Notes under the pieces: model-generated
The model's input: the letters and a program-made list of their open reading frames with translations, nothing else
Told to the model about the DNA's origin: nothing
Databases searched by the model: none
Assembly (NCBI GenBank): GCA_043826135.1
Contig: JBDRQT010000005.1
Location: 6,255-70,254, forward strand
Reading direction: 5' to 3'
From: an archaeon
GTDB taxonomy: Archaea > Nanobdellota > Nanobdellia > Woesearchaeales > GW2011-AR15
DNA length: 64,000 nt
Made by a program: the position numbers and the translations under genes
Shown here: one piece after another, positions 46,207-54,529 of the stretch
How positions within the stretch are numbered: position 1 is the stretch's first letter
How the letters are laid out: each line of letters begins with the position of its first letter

Positions 46207-46680
46207 TTATTTGCACACATCAAGCCTAACAACAATAGGCGGCGATGGTGGAATATAATAGAATCCGGGCTGCTCTTTCTCGCTGAAACTGTCGCATCCT
46301 GGAGTTGCAATCGTCTGAATCTTCTGGCCTGCACCTTCTTTTGTAACAGTCAGCCTGTATGGTTTTTTCCATTTTGCAAGAGTGTTTGTCAGGGCGTTTG
46401 ACATCACGGTCTCGGCATACTGGCAGCAGTCAGATGTCTCACCGCAAAGATCGTTCCTGTTGGAAAAGCAGTCTTTGATAACGTCAGATACCAGAACACT
46501 CTTGTAAGTTTTTGTATTCATGAGCGAGTTAAGGAAACTCTGCGACAGTTTCGGGTCGATGAATGATCGTGTCTGGCTGCCGGACGCCCGCATCCTCTGG
46601 GTTATCATGAAGACTCCTCCTATTATTAGGAGTATAACAATTATCACAACGCCAATTATATCAGTCTGCGCTCTTCTCAT
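46207..46680 (-). CDS. prepilin-like Cys-containing protein (cassette copy B, member 3)
   Basis: MRRAQ/TDIIGVVIIVILLIIGGVFMI. Paralog of 2665..3138. ATGA overlap with the upstream gene. Confidence 0.7.
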   Translation of the reverse strand: MRRAQTDIIGVVIIVILLIIGGVFMITQRMRASGSQTRSFIDPKLSQSFLNSLMNTKTYKSVLVSDVIKDCFSNRNDLCGETSDCCQYAETVMSNALTNTLAKWKKPYRLTVTKEGAGQKIQTIATPGCDSFSEKEQPGFYYIPPSPPIVVRLDVCK

Positions 46681-47222
46681 TCATACACCCCAAGATAGAT
46701 AATCCCAAAATAGCTGGAAGATTCTCTTACATCCTTTAGCAGTACCGGGAACTGGACTTCCTTGTATCCCATATCTTTCTCATCAGGCTTTGGGAAATCA
46801 TAGACCTCCCATGACTGTATCTCTTTATTGACCTCAGGGCTAGGATCATATCTGACTACTTTTATCTTGACGTTTCCAAGCAGGGAATGATAATATAAAG
46901 TGTCAGTCCCTAAGTATTTTGTAAATGATTCAATCTTTAATATATCGTAGCAGTCAGGATCAAGATTATTGTTGTCAGAACATTGCATCTCTGGCAGGAA
47001 ATTTAAGACCTGGGCTTTTTTCATCATTTCCAGATCCTTGAATTCTGAAATCTTATCCCTCTGTTCTGCCTGCTGCATAACCATGACAAAAACAAATGCT
47101 ATTGCGAATATAATGAATAATATGATTAGGATGAATGTGTTTTCCATCAGCTGAAGCTGTGCTTTCTTTTGAAATCTCCGGCTTCTAAAGTGCTCAAATT
47201 TTTTTAATTTATTACATTTCAT
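46677..47222 (-). CDS. prepilin-like protein with long conserved leader (cassette copy B, member 2)
   Basis: MKCNKLKKFEHFRSRRFQKKAQ/LQLMENTFILIILFIIF. Paralog of 3119..3646. Confidence 0.7.
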   Translation of the reverse strand: MKCNKLKKFEHFRSRRFQKKAQLQLMENTFILIILFIIFAIAFVFVMVMQQAEQRDKISEFKDLEMMKKAQVLNFLPEMQCSDNNNLDPDCYDILKIESFTKYLGTDTLYYHSLLGNVKIKVVRYDPSPEVNKEIQSWEVYDFPKPDEKDMGYKEVQFPVLLKDVRESSSYFGIIYLGVYE

Positions 47223-47223
47223 C

Positions 47224-48234
47224 TTAATACACCGTAGGACACGATTTTTTATTTAGCTCTTTATTAAGTGCGGTCAGCCTTTCTTTTATCGAACTGATCT
47301 TTGAGAATGCAGCTCTTGAAATCTCAGGGGTATCAGTGGCAGATTCAAGCTCAGAGAGCATGCCTTCAGCTTCTTGGTATGCTGACGAGATGCAAAGGGG
47401 CATGAGGTTGCTGCTCTGTATTGTTTTTACTCTCTCTTTCAGGATGGCAGAGAATTTATTTAGCCTCCTGATTGATTTTTTCATATTGCATTCATATGCA
47501 CCCAAATTTTCAGTGTAGATTGCTGCAAGCATTGAGGTCTGGTCAAGATAATATGTTTCACCCAGTTCTTCGAATGATCCATCTTTTTTCTGGTAGTATT
47601 TTACAGTTTTCAGCCCTTCATTCACGTATACTGCAGAGACATCCTCATCATTGAGTTTCCTGAGGGATGCATCAACTGAGGACAGCATATCTTCATTAGT
47701 TGTGAAAAACCTGACTTTATAGTAATTCTGGTTGACAAAGTCATCTGCTCTTGCCACTTTCTCTTTTGTAAGGTGTTCAGGCAGCTCGCCAAATATGGCA
47801 TTATTTCCAATGGAAACATACGCTATTTCAGGGCTTGTGAGGAACAAGAAATAATTTACCCTGAAAGGCATATCCCAGCCGAGACTGTAAGATAATATCT
47901 TTTTTTTAATATAATTAGGGCCAAATAAAGGGACAAATTCAGTGCTTCTGCCGCCAAGATCAGAGCCTTTTATAGTATATCTATTGCAATCATCAGCATC
48001 AGATGCAACTTCAAGCTCAAGGCCTGCTAGGGTTATGGAATTTTCTGTATTTTCTGATGCTTGCACACTTGTGAAAATCTCATCGAAATAAGTGATTGCA
48101 TCTATTTCCAGTTTGGTTTTAGAGCTTTTCCTGATGCCTGATGCAATATTGATAAAGACCAGCAGAATCACAGCGCCGACTACTGCAATATAAATCCAAT
48201 TGAACTGAATCTGTTCCTGACCTTTCTTTAGCAT
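47224..48234 (-). CDS. prepilin-like protein (cassette copy B, member 1)
   Basis: MLKKGQ/EQIQFNWIYIAVVGAVILLVF. Paralog of 3648..4667. Confidence 0.7.
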   Translation of the reverse strand: MLKKGQEQIQFNWIYIAVVGAVILLVFINIASGIRKSSKTKLEIDAITYFDEIFTSVQASENTENSITLAGLELEVASDADDCNRYTIKGSDLGGRSTEFVPLFGPNYIKKKILSYSLGWDMPFRVNYFLFLTSPEIAYVSIGNNAIFGELPEHLTKEKVARADDFVNQNYYKVRFFTTNEDMLSSVDASLRKLNDEDVSAVYVNEGLKTVKYYQKKDGSFEELGETYYLDQTSMLAAIYTENLGAYECNMKKSIRRLNKFSAILKERVKTIQSSNLMPLCISSAYQEAEGMLSELESATDTPEISRAAFSKISSIKERLTALNKELNKKSCPTVY

Positions 48235-48734
48235 GTATCAGTTTTCTCCTTTTTCAGGCAAGCAAATTTTCCAGTTGCTTCAAACCATACAGATAGTTTT
48301 CCCTGATTTTTCAAACATAAATAATCTCCAAGCACATCAAGATCCTCAACATAGAAAGGAGCATCATTCTCAATAAGGCCATTATTCATCAGGAATACAT
48401 TCTCACGCACATTATCAGTTACCTTGTCACTTATCCAATCATTATCAATTGACGCAGTTATATGAAATTTCTCATCTTCGCCCATGGAATCGATGAAACA
48501 GATCTGATCAAATTTCTGTGGGATCGTGAAACTATATTTCTTGATGCTTCCATATCCTCTTGACATCTCAGCGACAGTTGATGTGAACGCAGCTTTGAAT
48601 GTATCAATAGGTGCTTTCTGTGCTTCGTTCATTATTGTGCTGATTGACCTGTATCCAACTATAAGGATAAGACCAATTACTACAGCTGCAAGGATATAGA
48701 TAAATACCTGAGCTGATATCTGTCCTCTATTCAT
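48228..48734 (-). CDS. prepilin-like protein
   Basis: MNRGQ/ISAQVFIYILAAVVIGLILIVGY. ATG 48734 overlaps the stop of the upstream gene by 8 nt. The ORF-track start at 48797 would run deep into the 977-aa gene. Confidence 0.65.
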   Translation of the reverse strand: MNRGQISAQVFIYILAAVVIGLILIVGYRSISTIMNEAQKAPIDTFKAAFTSTVAEMSRGYGSIKKYSFTIPQKFDQICFIDSMGEDEKFHITASIDNDWISDKVTDNVRENVFLMNNGLIENDAPFYVEDLDVLGDYLCLKNQGKLSVWFEATGKFACLKKEKTDTC

Positions 48735-51660
48735 CTTTTTTCCTCTTCTTGATTTTTTCAAGCTCTTCAAATGCATCATCATTTGAAATATTTTCAAGCC
48801 TATTAAATATTTTCTCTTTCTGGAATTCTTCCGGGGATCTCTCTTTGCTGACTCTCTCTACAACAGGGCTAACTTCTTCAATATGCTTTGGTTGCTCCTC
48901 CCCAAATTCATCAAACACAGTCGACATTTTTTTCATTCTCATTTCTTCCCTTTTTTTCTTTATCTGCACATCAAGAGCATCATCTGTAAGGGAATGGGTC
49001 TCGAGTTTCTGGCTGCTAAGTGTCTGTTCTTCAGATTTCATATCTTTTTTTGCTTTTCCGAAATCAATCATAGGCATTTTTATATCCCCAAAAGAAAACC
49101 CTCCCCCTTTTGAGGAAGGTTGCTTTCCAGGTGAAAATTTTCCTTGCGGTAGTTTTCCTTGCGCTGGAATTCCAGAACCAGGGTTTCCTTGCATAGCAGA
49201 CAAAGGAGATGTTTTCTTTGACAGGTTTATTCCAAGATCAGGTATACCTTCTTTTAGGAAAATGAATATACTTCCAGCAATGCTCGCAATTCCAACTACA
49301 AACAACAATATTTGGAGGACATGTGATTTCGGAAAACTGTCTTTGTTTGTCGGATCAGTCTCTTTTTCAATTTCCAGTCCGTCTGCATAGTCATCCCCGT
49401 CAGTGTCAGGATCATCTATCTTTGTGCCATATTTTATGCATTCCCTGTAATTTGATAGTCCATCATCATCATTATCCAGATTCGCATCCTTTTGGTTATT
49501 TGGATCAAGCCCACATTCTTTCTCCTTTATATCACTAATTCCATCATCATCACTGTCTTTGTTCAGATCAACAGGAAAACTGTTCTTATCAAGAGGATTT
49601 GTTCCTTGGGTGATTTCAACATTATCATCATATTCATCCCCATCAGTGTCCTTTTTATTTAAGTCAGTCTTGTAGGTGAGGCATTCATCTTTATTCTTAA
49701 TTGTGTCATTATCAAAGTCTTGGAGTGCATCATCTTTATTCTTTGGATCTAGGCCGCAATCCTTTTCCTTCAAATCAAGTATTCCGTCGCCATCGAGATC
49801 CAGATTATCAAGGATGCAGTCCAGATCTGTTATTAAACTGCAATCATCAGTGCAATAATAGCCTTGTTTATCGACGCAGCAGGATTCATTTTTTGAGCAA
49901 TCCTGATATTTAATTACAAATGAATCTTCAACTGATTTCTTTTTGTTGTCAGTTATATTATAACAGATAGTGCTTGCCTCTTTGATAAGAATATTGCTTG
50001 TTGACAGATATCTGGTATATCCGCAGCTTCCGCATTCCTTGCATGAGGAGTTGGTTGATGAATCAATTATACTATAATAAGTACTTGCGCATGACCCACC
50101 GATATCGTCGTCTTTGCATGCGAGATCCACCTTAACTCCGAAGGGTGTTAGAGTTTTTTGGACTTCGATTTTTGGAGGAGAGTTGGTCATACAGACTTCT
50201 GTATCTTCAGGGAGGATAGTAGTTCCAAGCGATTTTTTAATAGTCCCATTATTCCCTGCATTATCACGAGCAGACACTTCCCAATAATATTTTTGTGATC
50301 TCTCAAGGCTGAGGTTGAATAGTTCAATATGATTAAGATTTGTATTTGCACTATATAATACTGAATTTTTATAGTCAAGAAGCTTAACAGTGTAATTTAA
50401 GATATCAGTATCAAGGGAATAATAATCTACAGAAAGATGGTCACTGGCGCAGGTCTCTAGTATCGATGACACATTGTACATCTCAGGAGGTGACCTGTCA
50501 ACTACAAAAGAGATTGTATCTTCGAGAACGCTCGCATCTCCGAAAACACAAAGTATTGGGATGCTGTAGGTGCCTTCTGATAGATTTTCTCTAGCAATAT
50601 AATGTTCTTTTTTAGAAACTTGTGGAAACTGATACAGGAAACCTTCACCATATTTACAAGTAGAATCCTTGTTTGTAACAACTCGGAGTTCTGATTTTAT
50701 ATCCTGAAGATAACCTGATGGGAGTTTCAAGGTTATCAAATTTTTAACTGACAGATCCACATCAAAAGAAATTTGGCTGATTGCAGGCATCTCCGCTCTG
50801 TTCATGCATGCAACGACAAAAGTATATTTTTTATTGTCTTCTATCTTCGGCGACGAGTATTTAGTGAGTTTCAAAACATTGTGCGTAGTGAAATCTTCAA
50901 TTTCTGAATCAATGAAAAGGTTCTTCATATCAGATAAGTTTGTTCCAAGTATCGGGAATTTGCAGACTGTCTTATCATCGGTGTCTGCAATGAGTTCCAC
51001 TTCAAGTTTTTCAATTACTTTTTCAGGATTTGCCTTTGCAAGGAGTATCCTTGGTTCAGAACTGTCAATACTTAGCAGGAATTCCTTTGGGAATGCATCA
51101 TTCGCATAGCCCAATTTTGTCTTGCAAAAAACATAAATTGCGGTATCGAAAGAAGTAGAGAGCGGAAAGTTCAGAATCTGATGATTAAATCCATTTGTGG
51201 TTGAAAATTTCTGGCTGGCAGAGTCTATAGAGTCATAAGTATCAGTTTTGGAAGTTGAATATTTACAGTCAGACGTGTTTGATGTCTTTAATATAAGGTC
51301 AAAAGGGGCTGCAGCCGACACACCATATTTCGGATTAGTTATTGTGATATTTACCAGGCTTTTTGTCGGGTAGCTCGTGGCATCAGTTAAATTTGTTCCA
51401 TATAGATATTCAAGCGTATCTGACCAGAAATCAGAATCAGAATCATTGCTCATAGGATTGCTTCCAAGTTTGTATTCAATTATATTATACAATGTATCCC
51501 AGTCAGGGTCGCTTGTCCCTGTGAGCGTCCTGTTGCCAAAATACCTTATTTCCCAGGTGTCATCAAGACCGTCTCCATCAGTGTCTTCAGCATGGGCATT
51601 AAACACTAAAATTAATAGAACAATTGCTACGGCAAATTTATGCACTGTACTTTTCAACAT
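48727..51660 (-). CDS. 977-aa surface adhesin-like protein with thrombospondin type-3-like Ca-binding repeats and C-terminal TM anchor
   Basis: Signal peptide. DTDGDGLDDTWE, DLDGDGILD, DTDGDEYDD, DSDDDGISD and DTDGDDYADG (DxDxDG repeats). Ig-like modules resemble those in the subtilase and giant protein (..SNTSDCKYS..). TM helix ILLFVVGIASIAGSIFIFL followed by a charged cytoplasmic tail. AGGTGGG precedes the ATG. Confidence 0.8.
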   Translation of the reverse strand: MLKSTVHKFAVAIVLLILVFNAHAEDTDGDGLDDTWEIRYFGNRTLTGTSDPDWDTLYNIIEYKLGSNPMSNDSDSDFWSDTLEYLYGTNLTDATSYPTKSLVNITITNPKYGVSAAAPFDLILKTSNTSDCKYSTSKTDTYDSIDSASQKFSTTNGFNHQILNFPLSTSFDTAIYVFCKTKLGYANDAFPKEFLLSIDSSEPRILLAKANPEKVIEKLEVELIADTDDKTVCKFPILGTNLSDMKNLFIDSEIEDFTTHNVLKLTKYSSPKIEDNKKYTFVVACMNRAEMPAISQISFDVDLSVKNLITLKLPSGYLQDIKSELRVVTNKDSTCKYGEGFLYQFPQVSKKEHYIARENLSEGTYSIPILCVFGDASVLEDTISFVVDRSPPEMYNVSSILETCASDHLSVDYYSLDTDILNYTVKLLDYKNSVLYSANTNLNHIELFNLSLERSQKYYWEVSARDNAGNNGTIKKSLGTTILPEDTEVCMTNSPPKIEVQKTLTPFGVKVDLACKDDDIGGSCASTYYSIIDSSTNSSCKECGSCGYTRYLSTSNILIKEASTICYNITDNKKKSVEDSFVIKYQDCSKNESCCVDKQGYYCTDDCSLITDLDCILDNLDLDGDGILDLKEKDCGLDPKNKDDALQDFDNDTIKNKDECLTYKTDLNKKDTDGDEYDDNVEITQGTNPLDKNSFPVDLNKDSDDDGISDIKEKECGLDPNNQKDANLDNDDDGLSNYRECIKYGTKIDDPDTDGDDYADGLEIEKETDPTNKDSFPKSHVLQILLFVVGIASIAGSIFIFLKEGIPDLGINLSKKTSPLSAMQGNPGSGIPAQGKLPQGKFSPGKQPSSKGGGFSFGDIKMPMIDFGKAKKDMKSEEQTLSSQKLETHSLTDDALDVQIKKKREEMRMKKMSTVFDEFGEEQPKHIEEVSPVVERVSKERSPEEFQKEKIFNRLENISNDDAFEELEKIKKRKKDE

Positions 51661-52012
51661 CCCACCTGCTTTTTATTGAATTAATTAAGAAACTGCATTG
51701 TTTAAATAGTTTTCTTCTGGGATAGCTTTTTATAAATTTTTTTTCTTCCTATTCAAATGTTAAACCTTTTGTTTAAATTGCTCTTGGCAGTATATAAACA
51801 TGTAATAAGGAGAGGAAAAGGAATATTCAAGCTGCTTTTTGTAATAGATGATTTGATAAGACTGGTTACTATGACACTCGTGTTCGGGTTCATAGCATGG
51901 CAGTTGAACCTTCAAGATTTTTGACAAGTCTATTTGTATTATTGGGGTTCGTAGTAGATTTCCACGATTTTATCTATGATACTAAAATCGGTCAGATAGA
52001 GCTTGAGAAAGA

Positions 52013-52291
52013 TTAGTCAAGCCCGTAAGAATCAACAAAACCTTTTATCATCGAATAATCTTTCAGAAAATTGAAGCCTTTGGCTGCCAGGCGGTATGTT
52101 TTTTTCCCTTTTTTTTCGATGCATTCAATAATGAAACCTTTCTCAAGAAGTTCAGGCAAATAGTCCTTAAGCATCTGGTGCGACAAATTTGATTTATACA
52201 TTATATGTGTTGGTTTTACGCCATGTCCTTTATCCTGCAAAGCTTGAAGCATATCATGGATAACTTCAAGCCGGTCTCTTTTTTTGTTCAT
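52013..52291 (-). CDS. winged-helix transcriptional regulator (COG3432 / HTH_45-like)
   Basis: RDRLEVIHDMLQAL...THIMYKSNLSHQMLKDYLPELLEKGFI...YRLAAKGFNFL matches the small archaeal wHTH family pattern. Confidence 0.7.
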   Translation of the reverse strand: MNKKRDRLEVIHDMLQALQDKGHGVKPTHIMYKSNLSHQMLKDYLPELLEKGFIIECIEKKGKKTYRLAAKGFNFLKDYSMIKGFVDSYGLD

Positions 52292-52955
52292 GTTGTATAA
52301 TTGAAAAATTCAGCAATATGAGCGCATATGCAATAAGTTCAAATGCATGTCCGATATGGAAAAATAATGCGCTATTCTGTATGAATATGAAATGCGCCCT
52401 TCCTATTAATAGGAAGATGAACGCCAGGGCGATCACGAAAGTATTCTTCTGTTTTTTCCTGAAATAATTGACAACATAATAAATTGTAATGAATGCCAGG
52501 TATAATGAAGACAGGATGAAGAACATATAAAGCTTGTTTGTGCTAAAATACAGCGAGACCATCGATACAGCAAATAAAAGCCAAAGTGATTTTGCTGAGG
52601 TCCTGAGAGTCATCCAAAGCAGGAGGGTAAGCCCTGTTATCATCATGAATATATGGATCGATAGGCCAAGCCTGTCAAAAATCACTAGCCTAAACAATTC
52701 AAATGCATCTGTCAGGCTTTCCTTAAGCTCAAAGAGTATCAGGAAATTGAAAACAGATTGCACCAGATAACCAAGTGAGATGAAGAAGAACGAGAACGAG
52801 AAATGCTTTATCTGCTGTTTTTGAGTCAGAATGTAAACCTTCCATGAGAATAATCCGACCAGGAATGTCACAGCAGCAAAAATGAATTCTAATAGGAACT
52901 CAATCCAGTAGCCAGGAGATATGTCATATATAGTATTAATTACTTCATAAACCAT
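52266..52955 (-). CDS. 7-TM membrane protein, unknown function
   Basis: 229-aa ORF with about 7 hydrophobic helices. TATA (AAATTTTATAAAC) lies 22-35 nt upstream. 26-nt overlap with the downstream wHTH gene. Confidence 0.65.
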   Translation of the reverse strand: MVYEVINTIYDISPGYWIEFLLEFIFAAVTFLVGLFSWKVYILTQKQQIKHFSFSFFFISLGYLVQSVFNFLILFELKESLTDAFELFRLVIFDRLGLSIHIFMMITGLTLLLWMTLRTSAKSLWLLFAVSMVSLYFSTNKLYMFFILSSLYLAFITIYYVVNYFRKKQKNTFVIALAFIFLLIGRAHFIFIQNSALFFHIGHAFELIAYALILLNFSIIQHEQKKRPA

Positions 52956-53386
52956 AATAGCTTTTTTCGTCCCTTTGTTTATAAAATTTATGTAGGATTA
53001 CTCAGATTTCTCCTTGAAATCATATTTAAACAAACCGGACACAAATAAAACAAGGTGACCAAAAATGACAAATATGAAAAAATGGATTGAGCTGAAAAAG
53101 AGAAGGATAGAATATTGGGAAGAGAACAATGCGCTTCCTACTATGGAAGAACTGCTAAATGGAAAGGAGGTGGAAATATGATAAATTTGGAAAATTTTGT
53201 GGTGGGCGATTTTTTTTCATGGAGCCTGGAATACGGGCACCTCAATATCAGAAAAATAAAGGTGGTATAGAATGATGCTTCGCGACACAAGAAGTATAAC
53301 TGCCCTATGTGTGACGTACTATGGAAAAGGCCCTCCTTCTCCTTAATCAGGCAAAATCTATATAGGAAGGCGTTCTTCCTTTAACT

Positions 53387-53938
53387 ATGCTTAATAAAAT
53401 CAAACATAAATTTTTTTCCATCCCCTTCAGATATTTTCTAATTATTGTGATCATAAATGTCCTGCTGTTTATCCTATTTCAGCATATAATTGTGAGAATT
53501 GTTCTATTCCTGTTTTGCAGTTTCATCCTCTTCTATTTCGGAAAAAACCCTTTTGCAGATTTTGATCCTGTGCCGTTTTGTACAGCCCTTGTATTCATCT
53601 GGCACGGGTATAGTATTGCTTTTCAGTTTTTAGCATTTACAATCCCTGTTTCTGACCTCATCTCAGGAAGGCTGAGCCAATTTACATTTGTTAATTTAAT
53701 CTCACTTGCATTGTCGATAACGATACTATATCTAATAAAATTCCCTCTGATTTTTGCAATTTCACTTATATTAATTATATTTAATATTTCTAGAATGATA
53801 GTAAATCTTCTTACTGGAAAGGGTTTAAATGCACTTATTGCTCCGCTCACAAATACAATTATATATCTTATTTTGACGAGTTTAATCGCGCCTATTATAA
53901 GTGCAACATTTGAATTCTTTGCAGGATTTGGAGTTTAG
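53387..53938 (+). CDS. multi-pass membrane protein, possibly a distant paralog of 409..984 / 1126..1680
   Basis: 183 aa with about 5 TM helices. Similar layout (PFADFDPVPF vs APLDLEFSTF; NISRMIVNLLTGKG...TNTIIYLIL vs NIYTVFISRYVTGLS...SNTIFNIVL). Confidence 0.6.
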   Translation: MLNKIKHKFFSIPFRYFLIIVIINVLLFILFQHIIVRIVLFLFCSFILFYFGKNPFADFDPVPFCTALVFIWHGYSIAFQFLAFTIPVSDLISGRLSQFTFVNLISLALSITILYLIKFPLIFAISLILIIFNISRMIVNLLTGKGLNALIAPLTNTIIYLILTSLIAPIISATFEFFAGFGV

Positions 53939-54069
53939 ACTTCTGTTTGACTATGGCTTTGCATCTTTTTCTGGCAAATATCACAATATCCATATTTTGA
54001 TCCGCTTTGATCAACTATGTATCTACTCCTGCATACCTTACAGAATTTAATTTCCTTGTATAATCTCAT
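53935..54069 (-). CDS. 44-aa zinc-ribbon micro-protein
   Basis: Hand-translated: MRLYKEIKFCKVCRSRYIVDQSGSKYGYCDICQKKMQSHSQTEV* (CxxC...CxxC). ATGA overlap with the upstream micro-ORF. Confidence 0.4.
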   Translation of the reverse strand: MRLYKEIKFCKVCRSRYIVDQSGSKYGYCDICQKKMQSHSQTEV

Positions 54070-54227
54070 GATCTCCTTTTTCGATATTTCATTTGTTTTG
54101 CATCAACAATATCAATTTCGACTGAGTTGCATGTTTTGCAGCTTATAGGTGTACTTATAGCTTTTCCGAAGGATACATTTCTCCTGGTTTTAATTTTATA
54201 TCCATTGCATTTTCTGCAGACGTACAT
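54066..54227 (-). CDS. 53-aa zinc-ribbon micro-protein
   Basis: Hand-translated: MYVCRKCNGYKIKTRRNVSFGKAISTPISCKTCNSVEIDIVDAKQMKYRKRRS* (CxxC...CxxC). Starts 1 nt after the stop of 54229..54423. Confidence 0.4.
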   Translation of the reverse strand: MYVCRKCNGYKIKTRRNVSFGKAISTPISCKTCNSVEIDIVDAKQMKYRKRRS

Positions 54228-54228
54228 T

Positions 54229-54423
54229 TTAGTTGCCCCTTTTTCTGAAGCAGTCCCTGCAGTATACAGGCTTACCTTCTATTGGTTTGAATGGAACCTC
54301 GCATTCATTGCCACATTCAGCACATTTAGCCTTGTGCATCTCTCTTTCCACAAAACTGCTGAAATTGCTTTTGAACGCAAAATTTCCAGTCGAATTATCC
54401 CTATTTCCGCTACCTCTACCCAT
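54229..54423 (-). CDS. CxxC-x17-CxxC zinc-binding small protein (TIGR04272-like)
   Basis: KCAECGNECEVPFKPIEGKPVYCRDCF fits the CxxC-x17-CxxC domain often linked to DEAD-box helicases. Lies directly downstream of the helicase gene. Confidence 0.6.
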   Translation of the reverse strand: MGRGSGNRDNSTGNFAFKSNFSSFVEREMHKAKCAECGNECEVPFKPIEGKPVYCRDCFRKRGN

Positions 54424-54529
54424 AAAATATACCTCAGTGATTTTATCAGAATTTGTTGAGAAAAATTAGAATTTAGTCAACCTACTCTGCTATACTAACA
54501 GAATAGGCGCTCATTTTTAAAATGTTGCA

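Noticed and set aside
48749-49390. 213-aa plus-strand ORF inside the 977-aa gene (and the similar ORFs 48883..49113, 49323..49538, 49676..49913)
   Set aside because: Antisense to the acidic-repeat region. GAT/GAA-rich codons read as open Ser/Phe-rich frames on the other strand.
54127-54469. Plus-strand ORFs 54127..54459 and 54233..54469
   Set aside because: Antisense to the zinc-ribbon ORFs, whose CxxC pairs and tight coupling to the helicase operon are more convincing.
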